Positions 24,646-38,199 of a stretch of 64,000 nucleotides of DNA are shown piece by piece. The notes beneath the pieces are model-generated. The model was not told the origin of the DNA, did no database searches, and saw only the letters and a list, made by a program, of their open reading frames with translations. Origin of the DNA: Chiloscyllium plagiosum (taxonomy: Eukaryota); assembly GCF_004010195.1 (NCBI RefSeq), contig NC_057719.1, forward strand, positions 75,314,597 through 75,378,596. The letters are read 5' to 3'. Within the stretch, counting starts at the first letter, position 1. The number at the start of each line of letters is the position of its first letter. The position numbers and the translations under genes were made by a program.

Positions 24646-27024
24646 TAGAGGATCCTTGATTATCCAAAGTCGATCAGCAGGCAGGTTTTCATTCGGATAA
24701 TTGATTATTCGGATAATTGATTATTCAGTTAATTGATTTGACCTTAAACAAAGGAAGCCGCACTGCCCATAATTGCATTAAAAAGCATGCTTATAGAGTG
24801 TTTAATTCATTCAATCGTGAAAATTTGGACAAATACTGGATATCACTTAAAAATTCATCACATTTTACAAATCAGATCATTTTTTGTGTACCTGCACAGC
24901 AAATAAAATTCATTGGGGTGGAGGTCAGTTATTATTTCCGAAGAAAATATCCAGCCGCTGTCGCTTGAGGTGCTGCTGTCTTTTTTTTTGCAAATGATAA
25001 CATTTGGCAAAGATGCATCAACTTAATGGCACCGACTTCACCTGTGCTTCAGGCCACTCCATGAAAAGTCGCAAACTGTCAATAGCTTCGTTAACAGGGA
25101 CTGGAGGAGATGTCCTCACCATCTATGCTGTCCGTACTTTCCTGCTGTTCCTCTGTGACTACGGGGTGGCTATCTGATCATCACTGAGTGCATCTGTTCC
25201 GATGTTGTTATCACAGTTCACCCAACCATTGATCTCACTCTCTACAAAGTCTCCTAAACCCCAGCTGTCTGCAGTTTTCGGTGATGTCAGTGGTTAGCCT
25301 TTGTTCTGGATGGGTGTCCTCTTCACTGCCATGGCTCCCAACAGGCAAGTCATTGTACTAACACTCTGCGATGGTCAATGGCTTGATGCGGTCCCAAGAC
25401 TCAGCAATCATGAACAAGGCATCCTTGACTGCGAAGGCCTCATAATTTCCTGCACTCCTTTCTCTGCATTGCCTTCACCCAGGACGGCACGCAACATGTC
25501 ACAGCAATAATATTTTTTTTTCATAATTGCGATGATTCTCTGACCAAACGGCTGTAACCTTAAAGTGGTCTTGGGTGGTAAAAACAAACACTTGATAGCT
25601 CCGTCTGCTGATTCTAACTGGCTGCCTCTCACAGGACGTGCCCCCTGCATTGTCAACCAGCAATAGGGCGCGTTGCTCGGGTCCAGCGCTTGCTAAGTGT
25701 GATCTGACAGCAGATACAAAACCTTCATGGAGCCAGGATGAGAGAAGTGGATGTGTCACCCATGCCTTAGTTTGTGCTTTGCACTTCATGGGAAATGAGA
25801 TCTTGTCACAGTTCCTGAAGCAATGTGGATTAGTATATCGCCCGATGCAGACAAGTGGTCATTTATGAGTGTCGGTGGCGTTGACACAATGATGGTCTTT
25901 ATGTCCCGTCACCTGCTTTTCCATGGTGGATGCAAAGTGTTTTGTCCGGCAGTGCAAAACAATCCACTTTCATCAGCGTTGTACAATTGCTCAGGTTCAT
26001 ACTTTCCCTCATGATTGATGGATTGCAGTTTGTGTCTGTAGCCTTCCCCGGTGCTGTCATCCACGGACTTCTGCTCTCCAAGGACGCTGAGTTGCTTCAG
26101 CCGTGACCATGTTTGAAGCACTGTAACCAGCCCAATGATATGCTGTGATCAGACTCACTGGTGTGGAGTTGTTCATGGAAACTGGCATTGTTTTTCTAGT
26201 ATTACCAGGCCAGTTACGGGAATTCCCTTTTCACGCTGCTGCGAAAACCACAAAATACAGGTTGGTTGAGTTGCTCATCCTTTGCTGGTTTCATAGATTT
26301 TCATTTTAGAGCATTTGCAGTGTCACTTTGATGAATTTCTCAATCGCCGGTCTTGCTTTCTTGATGTCAGACACCGTCGCTATTCCAATGTTATACTCCT
26401 GTGCAATCTTTGATGCCTTTTCACCACAATCCAGACACGTAAAATCTTGCCTTTCTGTTCAGTTGTCACTGTGGTCCGCTTTCTCTTCACAGACTTGTAT
26501 GTACAAAACCTCGATCAGTTAGACCAGATACAAACTCAGAAAAATGTCATAGAGGGAATGAAGGCACCACTGATTTTGTCATGCATTTTAAATTCTTCAG
26601 CATGTCAGTCATTTTTATGTTAAAATTCTTTCAACACTTCGACAACTGAATGACTAAGATTGTTGCACCAGTGTCATTAACCCTTCTTTGCTGCAAAACT
26701 TGCACATCTTCTTCAGTGCAGGTATTCCTCAGTGAAACTAAAGACACGAGTGTTGCACCATGGTCAGGTAAAATTATTTTCACACTGTGACAACTGATTG
26801 ACCAAGTTTGTTGCACCAGTGTCATTAACACCTCTTTGATGCAGCAAAGGGTTGCTTCTTCAGTTCAGGCAACCCTCATTTACTCTGTACTGTTAACAAA
26901 AGATGCAATGGGGCACCATTGTTGGTAACACCACTTCGTTGTAATGGTTTCAAGGGATCTTCAGATCCTATTTGGATAATCCAGTTTTTGGATAATTGAT
27001 GTTCGGATAATCGAGGCACCTCTG
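24646..27024 (-). mobile_element. Full-length decayed Tigger/pogo DNA transposon
   Basis: TIRs tagaggatccttgattatccaaa / revcomp cagaggtgcctcgattatccgaa; TA TSD at 24644-45 and 27025-26. Confidence 0.9.
24960..26500 (-). pseudogene. pogo/Tigger (CENP-B-like) DDE transposase, frameshifted
   Basis: KRKRTTVTTEQK N-terminus; EQLYNADESGLF; KAQTKAWVT; RALLLVDNA; FLPPKTTLRLQPFGQRII. Confidence 0.85.
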
Positions 27025-27109
27025 TATCAGCTTATAAATATTTTCTTCCCCTCCTCTCTGCTTTTCCTCAAAAAAGGCACAACCCTGGACCTTTTTTTAT
27101 TCAATCTCA

Positions 27110-27428
27110 TGATGTGGGTAGTCATTGACGAAGCCAGCATTCATTGCCCATCCCTAATTGCCCAGAGGGTGGTTAAGAGTCAACCATTTGCTGTGGGTCT
27201 GGAGTCACATGTCAGCCAGACCAGGTAAGGATGGCAGGTTTCTTCTCTTAAGGACTTTAGTGAACCAGATGGGTTTTACTGACAAAGGGGTTATCGTCAT
27301 TATTAGACTCTTAATTCCAGACATTTATTTGAATTCAAATTCTACCATCTGTCATGGAACCCAGTCTCCAGTCATTACCAGGATCTCTGGATTATTAGTC
27401 TAACAATAATACCACCAGAGCATTGCCT
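27110..27428 (-). mobile_element. Second SINE family with CR1-like 3' tail
   Basis: Tail ccagcattcattgcccatccctaattgccc shared with the CR1-like family at 60870; similar copies at 48160-48500 and 36400-37205. Confidence 0.65.
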
Positions 27429-27439
27429 AAAGGTGACAT

Positions 27440-27940
27440 AACCTTTTGACCTCCATGTTGTAGCTTCAGTGAACAGCAGCTATCATCTCTGACGACATTG
27501 TCCTCCATCCCTCCCATGTTCCTTTCACTCCTCCCACTTGAAAAAATGGTGCAATGGTCAGCTGCCCATTCACCCTGCAGTCCTTGTTCTCACCCAGACA
27601 GGTAGCAAGAACCTCATCATACCTGTTGGTCGAGGTCAAGAACTGACGCTGCTCCATCCTACATCCTGAATTCCCATATTTTCCTCACTCGCAGACACAA
27701 CCTCCTGTCCCTGACCATTGTCCAACTCTAAAGTTAACTTTAGCAGTGTGATTTCCTCCTGGGACAAAGTGTCTAGGCAACTCTACCCCAACCCCCCACC
27801 CCTTCTCTGATACCTCCCAACATCTGGAGCTCAGACTCCAGCTCAGCAAATCAGAGCTGAACTCACCTGAGCTGCAGCCACTTGATTTCATGTATGTGTC
27901 AAACCATCGACTGTATCATGCCCGCTATTCCTTATTTAGT
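27440..27940 (+). mobile_element. Probable L2 LINE relic
   Basis: C-rich plus-strand composition typical of L2 ORF2; motifs degenerate. Confidence 0.3.
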
Positions 27941-30199
27941 TATTTAATTCATTAATTTGTTACTAATTTAGTAAATTAGGAGCAAATCTGTTTGCTAACT
28001 TGGAGATAAATGAAGAAATACCAACAGTACTGCACCACAAAGTTTCACTTTGAAAACAAAATGAGCTTTATTATATATAAAATCACTATTAACCTAAAAA
28101 TAGGGGGTATAACTATGTATGTCATGCTCTCAGGTTTACTTCTAACTTTCATGAAGAATTCTCATATTACATGCAACAATTTTAAAGTTATTGACTTCCA
28201 TAGAGACCATCCTGAATTATACCACCACCTACTTGAGAATTCTCATAAGCTTTAGCTATATTTAAAGATGGCATCATTTGTTCACACTTTCTTGGCTATG
28301 GAGACCTCAGTCTTTTGTTCTGGTTACTTTTCCAATACTTCCTGACTCATTCAGTTTTTTCACAAGACACTTGAGATTCTTATAGTTTCTTCCACTACCT
28401 TTAAATCAGACAATCTTCCCACTTTGGTTCCCTCCCAATATTCAAACAGAGCATAAGCCTCAACAATCTTCAATACAGTCAGTGATGGAGTTAGGATTTT
28501 ACTCTCACAGTGCAAGTCTGAGTGGTTGTAATTTATTTTCGCTCTCAGTGGGCTGAACAACACATGGTTCAAAATGCAACCACAAACCTTTCCCAGTAAA
28601 CACCAGATAAATTGAAACCAGAGAGCCTTCTTAATCTCTACCTTTCTTCATGATAGTGTAGTCCGCTCTGGCCTTTATTTATCCTAGATCCCCTGCTTAT
28701 ACTTCTTTGTTTGGTTATCCCCACATTACTGCTGTACAATGACAGTGCTTAATTTTCTTCACAGCACTCATGTTGTGTGTGTGCGCAAGTGCAGGGATTT
28801 AGTGAAGACACCACGTGCAAAAGATTTTATTCAATACTTCCGCCACCAGAAAAAGTAATCATGTGACTAGGGAACCTGTAAGAAGCAAAGTCCAATAAGG
28901 CAATGCTAGCTTGCTCTGAACTATTCACAGATTGACCCTCCTTTACAACTTCTTCAGCTGAGTAAGTCCACCTGCTGTAATTTTAAACTCTGTCTCTTCA
29001 ATTCTGATGTTGAGCAAACAATTATTATAACAATATTTATCCGATGGATAATCTTCTGAGCCACAACTTTCTTAGGTTCTTTGGCAACCACAAATGATCA
29101 GCCTTTTAATTACCTTATCACACAAATTCTGGAGCTTAACGTGAGCCAGAAGTTAAAATTCACAATGTTGGTAAATCAACTGCCCTTTATGGTAATTAAC
29201 AGCTGGTCAGCACCCAGTCTGAATTGATCAGCAGTTAGCTGCCCCTGACAGGCAGTTTTTGAAAATAAGCATCTGAAGATGGCTTGCAGTTTCTTCGAAG
29301 GGTTAAAGTTCGAAGTCAGATTATAAACATTAACTTTCATCTTGAGAATTATCAGAGAGTTTTCACTGTATTCTCAACTTTTGCACTCTGTGTACAAAAG
29401 CATTCAGTTCCCTGATCTCTCTGCGCTCTGATTAATTAGACAACTTCCTATTCAAATGGTTTTATTTTCCCTGTAAGCGGCTTGATGTGTGCACTGGCAT
29501 TGGGGCATTTGGACATTTGGGATATTGAATGTATTCAAGAGGCAGCTAGACATAGTACTTGGGGCAAATGGGATCAAAGGTTATGGGAAGAAAGCAGCAT
29601 TAGGCCATTAAGTTGGATGATCTGCCATGATCGTGATGGGCCGAATGGCCTCCTCCTAATCTTCTATGATTCCTGCATCAATATTGTATCTCCTTCATCA
29701 ACAAAATAAGCGGGAAAGACCTGGAAGGAAGATGGATTCAATATCCAGACAAGTAACTGAAATAGGGAGGGAAAGATGGATTGGTTTAAGAGAGAGAGAG
29801 AAAAGGAGGAAAGTAAGAAAAATATTTCAAGTTAGATATTTTTAAAATCACTGACAACAACTGTAGGCATGAATCTCCCTGTGTATTATTGTTCACTCAG
29901 AGAGATTGATTGGCACTCCTTAAGAATTAGTTCACTGATAAAAGGGTATGTGCACAATAATTACTAGACTTCAGTTTCTGTGATGATGTAAAATGCAGCG
30001 ATGTCAAGAATGATAGGGTGAAATGCCATTTTTTGGGGAGCAGTTGATCTAATGGAGAATCCAACAACTTATGGTAATTCACAATTCCTGGGATTTAATT
30101 TTCTCAGTATAAATTTTCTAGCAATTGGCGCATTAGTAACATGAACATTATTTCCTCACCACAATTTTTTCATCAAGCTTTGGATGACTAAATTACCTA

Positions 30200-30450
30200 T
30201 CTGAGTAATGCTGGTTAAGGGATTGACCAGAACACTGGGGAGAATTGCCCTGAAATTCCTTTCATTAAGTGATGGAAGATTTTACACTCACTGACAGGGC
30301 AGGTGGGTCCTCGGATTAATGTCCATGCCAAACACAGCAGCTCCCATAAGTTAAGCATTCCCTCATATCACTAATAATGTGTTAGCCTAGGTTATGGGCT
30401 CAAGTCCTTGAGTTTTGACTTTAATCCATGACCTCTGACTCAGAAACAAA
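30200..30450 (-). mobile_element. DeuSINE (SacSINE1-like) relic
   Basis: gaccagaacactggggagaattgccctg...atggaagattttacac...ggtcctcggattaatgtc...gtgttagcctaggttatgggctcaagtcc. Confidence 0.6.
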
Positions 30451-31451
30451 AGAGAGAAGCAGCTTACATTTAAAGAAGGGAATGTCTTACTAAAAGGGAA
30501 TTTTTTAAAAAAAATGTGATGCCACTTCATATCTACAACAAAAATATTTGCTGACAGTTAGACGGAGATAAGTCTGCCCCTTTTCATCAGTGCAATTGTG
30601 TGCAGGGCATGTATGGGTCTGGAAGAGACAAGGGAGGCAAACATAACACAAGCTAAATGATGAAATAATAGGCTAATGACACATGGCTTCTCTGCAAAGG
30701 GGAAAGCTTTTATTTCACGCAGATTTACATTCCTTACATGTAATGAGAGCAAAAGGATTGATCAGTCTGTACAGTGTGAATAACCCGTGAGAGCAGCCTT
30801 TCCAGTTTCACTTGCATTCAAGACAGTACAGAGTAGCCAAATCCACAGATCCTCTAACTGGCTTTAAATGGAAGCAGCTGACTTCCTGTCTGAAAGGCAA
30901 CATTGCCAACTTATAATGATGAAATGTCTGAATTGGCGCATCATTATGGAGTCAAATGTCTTCTGTAAGCCCTTCGAATTTACGTCCTGCAAATTTAGCG
31001 GTCTTTTAAATCCAGACTGTTTGGCGCTTCCTAATCTGGAATTTGAAAAACTGATTCCAGACACATTCTTTTCTCCTCTTTGTTTTAGTAAAATGACTTT
31101 AAAATACCATAAGCATCACTATAGTCTGTGATCAGCCTGATCTATTAACAAGAGCAAAAGTCAACTCCTTGGGCTTGGAGAAAAATTAAGTGCTGACACA
31201 GTGATATTCACAGAGTATTCATTGGATAATTATTTGGATAAAAATGCTGTGCAAAGATATTTGAGAAAAGCAGAAGATTGTCACTGTGAAATGTCAAACT
31301 TTTAATGCAGATATGATAGGCCAAATGACCTCCTGTGCTGTACCTTTCTGTGATTCTGTGAACTCAGTCAATCTAATAGGCAAGAACCAAATTTAACTCT
31401 TTCCACGCAATGAGCACATAAATGCGGGAGGTGGGCGATTCTTGCTTGGTC

Positions 31452-31644
31452 GAAGAGTGTGGTGCTGGAAAAGCACAGCCGGTCGGGTAGCATCAGAGGA
31501 GCAGGAGAATCGACGTTTGATGAAGAGCTTATGCTTGAAACATTGATTCTCCTGCTCTTCGGATGCTGCCTGACCGGCTGTGCTTTTCCAGCACCACACT
31601 CTTCAACTCTGATCACCAGCATCTGCAGTCCTCACTTTCTCCCT
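31452..31644. mobile_element. Family A hairpin element
   Basis: Inverted arms; perfect 14-bp TSD attcttgcttggtc (31438-31451 / 31645-31658); degenerate HHR tgatgaagagcttatgcttgaaac. Confidence 0.85.
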
Positions 31645-31939
31645 ATTCTTGCTTGGTCTCCATGCATTACTGCCTTACTCCCTCATGAGGGAGTTGTCTG
31701 TCACTGACAGTTGAAGGCGTTATTAACTTGTAAGTATTGTGGTATCACAACATGATTCAGACTCCAAAAACCACATGCTCATTTGGGGCAATAGCATTGG
31801 GAGATAAAAAACACCAGCCGATTGCCCTTTCATATAATTCTACTTGGTGCGGCCAAAGTGCAATATGGCTGAGTGATAGGCAGACATTTATGCTGAATGA
31901 TGAACTTGTTGTATTAAATATATAGAATTTATAGGGATT

Positions 31940-34205
31940 GTTTCTTCGAAGACTACATTGTCGAGCCTATCCAGGAACAGACTATTTTACATCTACTAAT
32001 TTTGTAGTGATAGAGGATTAATAGGGGATCTCTTTAATAATTCACCCTGGGACAATGATCACAACATGATGGAATTCCAAATTCAGTTTGAGGGAGAGCA
32101 ACTTGGATCTCAAATTAAAGAAGAGCAGTCATAAAAGATCGAAGAAATGGTCTAAAGCAGGATGGGAGAATAGACTAAAGGGAAGATTAGTAGATGACCA
32201 AAAGCAGATGTTAAGGCAAGTATTTTATGATGCTCAAAAAGTCATACCCATCAACAAAAAAGGATCCTTTGAACCATCCTTGCTTAACAAAGTTAAAAAT
32301 CACACAAAACCAGGTTATATTTGGAAGAACTAGCTTTTGGAGCACTGCTCCTTCATCAGGTTGTGTGATTTTTAACTTTATCCACCCCAGTCCAAAACTG
32401 GCTTCTCCACATAACTGCTTAACTAAGGCAGCCAAGGAGAATCAACAATGAAAACTAATGCATAAAATATCTTAGTGGTAGGCCCAAGGATTGGGAATTG
32501 TTTTAGCAACTGGAAAAGGGTGACAAAAATGCTTGTAAAGAAAGAATTTGATTATGAAGGTAAATTGACAAGAAATATAAAAACAAACAGTCAGGAGGAC
32601 CTGGTAAACATCCCAAAGATAACAAATTACCAAGGTGCTACTAGGAGGAATGATCTTGTAACAAACTTTATCACAAGGGACAAACTATTTGACAAACGGA
32701 AGGCAGACAGGTCGCTGTGATCTTAGAGGACATGTCTGCAGAGATAGTGCAGGTATTGATTAAAATATTGCAGAGCACACTGGACCCTGGAAGGCTTCTG
32801 ATGGATTGGGAAACTGCTAATGTGACATCCTTATTCAAGAAGGAAAGGAGACACTGAGCAGGAAATTGTGGTCAATTAAGCTTAACATCTCTCATTGGGA
32901 GGATGCTGCAGAGCATTATTAAGGAAAAGGATAGCAGGACACGTAGAAAAGCTTAGCTCAGAGTCAACATGGTGTTGAGAAAGAGAAATCATGTTTGATC
33001 ATTTTGAGGATGTAACAGACTGGTAAAGGGGAACTGGTAGATATCATGTTTTGGATTTCCAAAAAGCTTTCATTAAGGTACTATATAAAACATTAGTGCA
33101 TAAGATAGGAGCTCTCCAATTTTGAATAATGTGTCAGCATGGATTGAGGATTAATTAACCCACAGAAGACAGAGAGTTGGCTTTAATGAATCTTTCTCAG
33201 GTTGGAAAGATATAACTAGTGTTGTGCCACAAGGGTCAGTCTTAGGCCTCAATTATTCACCATCTATACTAATGACTTGGAGGACGGGTAGAGTGTAATG
33301 GATCCATATTTGCTGACAATACAAAAATATGTGAGAGGGTATGTTGTAGTAAGGGCACAGAATCTGCAAGGGCATATAAGTAGGTTGAGTGAGCAGATAA
33401 AAATATCTGGCAGATGGAGTTTAATGTAGAAAAGCGAGTTTGACAGGAAGAAGACTTATTTAAATGGAGAGATACTCAAACAAGTGCATCTCAGAGGGAT
33501 CTGTGCATTCATGAGCATAAAACACCCAAAAAAATTAACATACAGGTACAGCAAGTAATTAAGAAGGGAAATAAAACTTTAGCCTTTGTTGCTGATGGCT
33601 TATTGATAGGGAAGTCTTGTCATAACCATACAGGTATTGGCGAGACTGGATCTGGAGTACTGTTTGCTGTATTGGTCCTTGTATTTAAAAAAAAGATGTG
33701 CTAGCATTGGAGATGTTTCAAAATATATTCACCAGGATGATTCCTTAGATGAAGGGGTTGACTTATCTGGAATGGCTAAACATGTTAGGCCTTTATCCAT
33801 TACAGTTTAAAAGAATATGGGGTGATATCATTTACAACATGCAAAATTCAGAGGTGACTTAACAAAAAAAATGTTCAGAAGATGTTTTCATGCCTGCACA
33901 AATTTTGAATGGGGGAAAACAGTTATAAAATATGTAGATATTCCTTTAAATCTTGGATGCAAAGGAATGTCTTCTCCCAAGAATGTAATAATGCCTGGCA
34001 TCCTCTACTCCAGAGAGTTGCGGAGGCTGGATTACTGAAAGTATTTCAAAAAGAGTTCGATAGACATCAGCTCCTCAAAATTTCAAAAATCTATGAGGAA
34101 TTAGTATTAAAGAGGAATTGAAGTTTGGGGCTGATCAGAAATAATATTGATGAATGACATGGCAGGCTTGAGGGGACAATTGGCATACTCCTGCTCCTAT
34201 TTCTT
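31940..34205 (+). mobile_element. Long degenerate CR1 ORF2 and 3' UTR
   Basis: gattgggaaactgctaatgtgacatccttattcaagaagg, ttggatttccaaaaagctttc (LDFQKAF), gtgccacaagggtcagtcttaggcc (VPQGSVLG), tttgctgacaat. Confidence 0.8.
32289..32415. mobile_element. Family C PLE-derived short element inside CR1
   Basis: Inverted aaagttaaaaatcacacaa / ttgtgtgatttttaacttt; minus-strand cctgatgaaggagcagtgctccaaaagctag; TSD tgcttaac (32281-88 / 32416-23). Confidence 0.7.
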
Positions 34206-36548
34206 AAGGACTACTGAATGTATGTATAAAGGGACATTGATGTACAGGTAAATGCTTCAGAGGATAATTTGCTGCTTGCTTTGTCAAGAGAGTTTCCAGT
34301 TCTCTGAGGGCTTGCTTGTTACTTCTTTATCATGTCACCCTCAGTATAACCTCTCTTTGCTTATAATTTCTCACTTCTTTAGTTGTCGATCTGGCTGTGA
34401 CCAATCTTTACATCGGTGAGAAATATGCAATAAACAGACGATAAAGAATAGGGTCGTATATGTGAATATACATAGCTTCTAGCAATCAAAGCTTAATCAG
34501 ACTGTGAACCTGACTGATGATGTTAAATTGGTTTCTGGTATAATTTTTTTATCATAGTCAGGATTGTTTATTAATTGTTATTCAACAACAGAATCACACC
34601 TAATGCAGCTACTGTGTTGAGATTTGTAAGCATAGGCGAGTTGGCATAGTTGGCACACTGACATCTGCGAACAGTCAAAGGCTGTGTTGTTTGATGTCCT
34701 ACAAATCATTGGGATGTACATTGCTCTTTTCTCACTGTGGAGGGGGCTATGCTTCATTCCCATAACAACCTCCTGACTAATCAGGCTCAGTTTGCCTGGT
34801 TTGGATTTAAACAGTTAACCAAGAAAGTTGATGTCTTCTCCTGCATTTCCATGCCAACCAAAGTCCAACCAATTGGCATAATCTTTTCATGTTGTATGAC
34901 TTGTACTTTCCTTTCTGTCAATTGTCTTGCATTTCAGTCCTGATGAATGCTAAATGAACAGTTTGAACGCCATGTCTCTCTTCAGCAATGTTTATGTTCT
35001 GCACTACCAACCAATTATCTTTAAGATGCCCCTTCAAATATATATTTGGGTTACATTTGGCACTAACTGTCCAAAAAGTATCATAATGGCCTTTTGAAGC
35101 ATCCTGGGATGCCTTTCCACATTGAAGGGTCCATGAAAATACAAGTTGACATTGTTGAAGGCACTGTTTGTAGGAGGCTGTACTCAGCACCAAAGTGTGC
35201 TTCAGTCTTTATCATGGATCTATCAGAACAGTAATGTATCAGGAGGTTGTATTTCTCTAGGCCGGTTGGAATGTTTTTGCCAACTTAGCTTCATTCTATG
35301 CTCCTCCGTCTGCTCCATAGGATATCAGCTGCCTCCCTCAGGCTGAGGAGCAGGTCGGGGCTGAACAACACTTCAAACCAATCACTACAACAGTCAACAG
35401 GACAGAGCTTTAGGATTTGCACCAGTGGTTAACTACCCCTTTTACCTTTGAATGTAAGTGTGTTGCTATGACAGCAGCAGAATGCTACCTCGCAACATTT
35501 GCAACAGGAAACATTGCCACTCCATTAGCTCTTGGCTGATCACCAAACATGATTGTGCAATATTCCCAGTCCTCCAGTCTTACACATTTATTTTCAAATA
35601 ATTTACCAGAACCAGCCTCCCTACCCCAACTGCCCTCTCAAAGTATATGGCCGGACAGCTACTGGGGATGGGGCATATTTATGGCATCCTTCCATCAAGC
35701 CTCACCATTTAAAAATGGCTTTTCAACATCTATGTTTCAGTGGTACCGGATCTGGTGAATGTACTTACCTATTGTATCTTGAGTTAAGCATGATCCTCTG
35801 TTAATGTCAGATGGTCCAAAGAGCAGCAATAACACGCCAAACTCTTTTCTAATGCTTGGCACTTCTAGATTTTGTGTTTAAATTGGGAATATAATTGTTT
35901 AAATCTCTCAAAGCTACACTTCTCAACTACAATCCACTGAAGGCTTCTTGCCATTGGAATTATCGGCTTATCACAGAAGGAAGCCTTTCAGTGCATTGTA
36001 TCTGCCATAGCTGTCCAACTGAGCATCATGAATTTATTCCATTCTGCTGCCATTTCCTCAAAACCTTATTTGCATATAACTAATCATCTAATGCCCTCTT
36101 GAATGCCTCCATTGAATCTGCCTCTACCACCCACCTAGGCAGTGCATTGCAGATCCAAACTCATAGTTGTGAAAAAAAAATTCTGTTTTGCCTTACATCA
36201 CGCTTGCCTCTTCGCAAATCACTCTAAATCTGTGCCCTCTCATTGGTGATCCTCTTATGAGTGGGAGCAGATTTTCCCTGCCTATCCAGCCCCGTCGTGA
36301 TTTTGAAAACTTCTATCAGATTCCACCTTAGCCACCTTCTGTCCAAGTCCCAACCTCTCCATTTTATCCTCGTTGCTGAAGCATTTATGTAGGTACCGCT
36401 TTTCAGATGAGATATTATTCAAGGTCCTTGCTTTTCCCTTCAGTTTATGCAAAAGTCACCATGACAGATTTTCAAACCCTAAAAGACTTAGTGAACCAAA
36501 TAGATTTTTAAAACATTTTGAGTTGCCATGGTTGCCATCACTGAGACC

Positions 36549-37068
36549 AGAGTCATAGATCTGAACAGCATGGAAACAGACCCTTTGGTCCAACACTTCC
36601 ATGCTGACCAGATATCCTAACCTAATCCAGTCATACTTGCCAGCATTTGGCTCATATCCCTCTCAACTCTCCCTATTCACATATCCATCCAGATGCCATT
36701 TAAATGTCATAATTGTGCCAACCTCCACCACTTCCTCTGGCGGCTCATTCCATATACACACCACCCTCTGTGTGAAAACGTTCCCCCTCAGGTCCCTTTT
36801 AAATCTTGCCTCTCTCACCTTAAACCTATGCCTTCTGGTTTTTATCACCCCTTTCCTAGGGAAAAGACCTTGGGCTATTCACCCTATCCCCATGCCCCTC
36901 ATGTTTTGTAAACCTCTATGAGGTCACCCCTCAGCCTCCAACGCTCCAGGAAACACAACCCCAGCCGATTCAGCCTCTCCCTGTAGCTCAAACCCTCCAA
37001 CCTGGCAACATACTTATAAATCCTTTTTGAACCTCTTTCAAGTTTCACAACATCCTTTCTATAGCAGG
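36549..37068 (-). mobile_element. HER1/CR1 3' fragment nested in a SINE
   Basis: RHRFKVREARFKRDLRGNVFTQRVVCIWNEPPEEVVE; flanks 36400-36548 and 37069-37205 join into the 27110-type SINE. Confidence 0.85.
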
Positions 37069-37204
37069 GAATCCAGATTTTTATGAATTAAATTTAAATT
37101 CCTCAAGGTGTCATGATGAGAATTGAATGCCTGCTTTCCACAGAATCAAGCTGAGTCTGTTAAATTACCAGTTAAAAGGCATTACCACTATGCCGTTACC
37201 TCCC

Positions 37205-37610
37205 AAATCATTTGAGGTTAGAGCTGCCCTGATCGTGGTGAGTGGGAAGTATTCCATTACACTGCTGGCCTCTCCTTAAATGGCGCACCAAGGTTTGGGG
37301 AGTCAGGAGGTGCATTTTAGTTGACAAAAATGCCTGAATTCCCTCCACTATTGTCGCCTCAGTATTTATTGTGGCTGATCCAGTTAAGTTTATGATCAGT
37401 GGTAACATACAGGGTGTGTTATATGATTCCGTAATGGCAATGCCATTGAATGTCAAATGGAGATGATTAGATTCTCTGTTGATGGAGGTGATTACTGCGT
37501 ATCACAATTATGGTACAACTGTTATTGCCACGATCAGCCCAAGCTTGAATGTTGTTTCGGTCATGTTGTATTCAGGCACAGATTGCCTCAGCATTAGTGG
37601 AGCTGCAAAT
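37205..37610 (-). mobile_element. CR1-like (second family) fragment
   Basis: MTFNGIAITES; HLLTPQTL. Confidence 0.65.
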
Positions 37611-37721
37611 GATACAGAATAGAGAATTACGTAGGATAAACAGCACAGAAACAGGCCACATGACCTTACCAGTTCATCCTGGCATTTACGCCCCACTCAA
37701 ATCTCTTTATAACTTTCCATA

Positions 37722-38080
37722 AGGCCATAAGACATCGGAATGGAAGTAAGGCCATTCGGCCCATCGAGTCCACTCCGCCATTCAGTCATGGCTGATGGGC
37801 ATTTCAACTCCACTTACCCGCATTCTCCCCGTAGCCCTTAATTCCTTGTGACATCAAGAATTTATCAATCTCTGCCTTGAAGACATTTAGCGTCCCGAGG
37901 ATCCTCAACCGTTCCTCGTATGTTAGACCTACCATTCCAGGGATCATCCATGTGAATCTCCGATGGACACGCTCCGGTGCCAGTATGTCCTTCCTGAGGT
38001 GTGGGGACCAAAACTGGACACAGTACTCCAAATGGGGCCTAACCAGAGCTTTATAAAGTCTCAGTAGCACAACGGTGCTT
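37722..38080 (-). mobile_element. Young CR1 3' fragment (third family) with internal deletion
   Basis: LLRLYKALVRPHLEYCVQFWSPHLRKDILAPERVHRRFT; CpG-rich. Confidence 0.88.
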
Positions 38081-38199
38081 TTCCTCATCTTTGTTTATCG
38101 CTGTAAGCAGCTCTTCCCTTCTCTTTCGTATAAATGTAAGGAATCAGTGCGGAAGAATCCTTACGGCCCATTGAAGTTTTGCACATTTCAAAATACCAA

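Noticed and set aside
24960..26500. Domesticated TIGD/JRK/CENP-B gene
   Set aside because: Multiple frameshifts and stops, and retained TIRs/TSD, show a dead transposon
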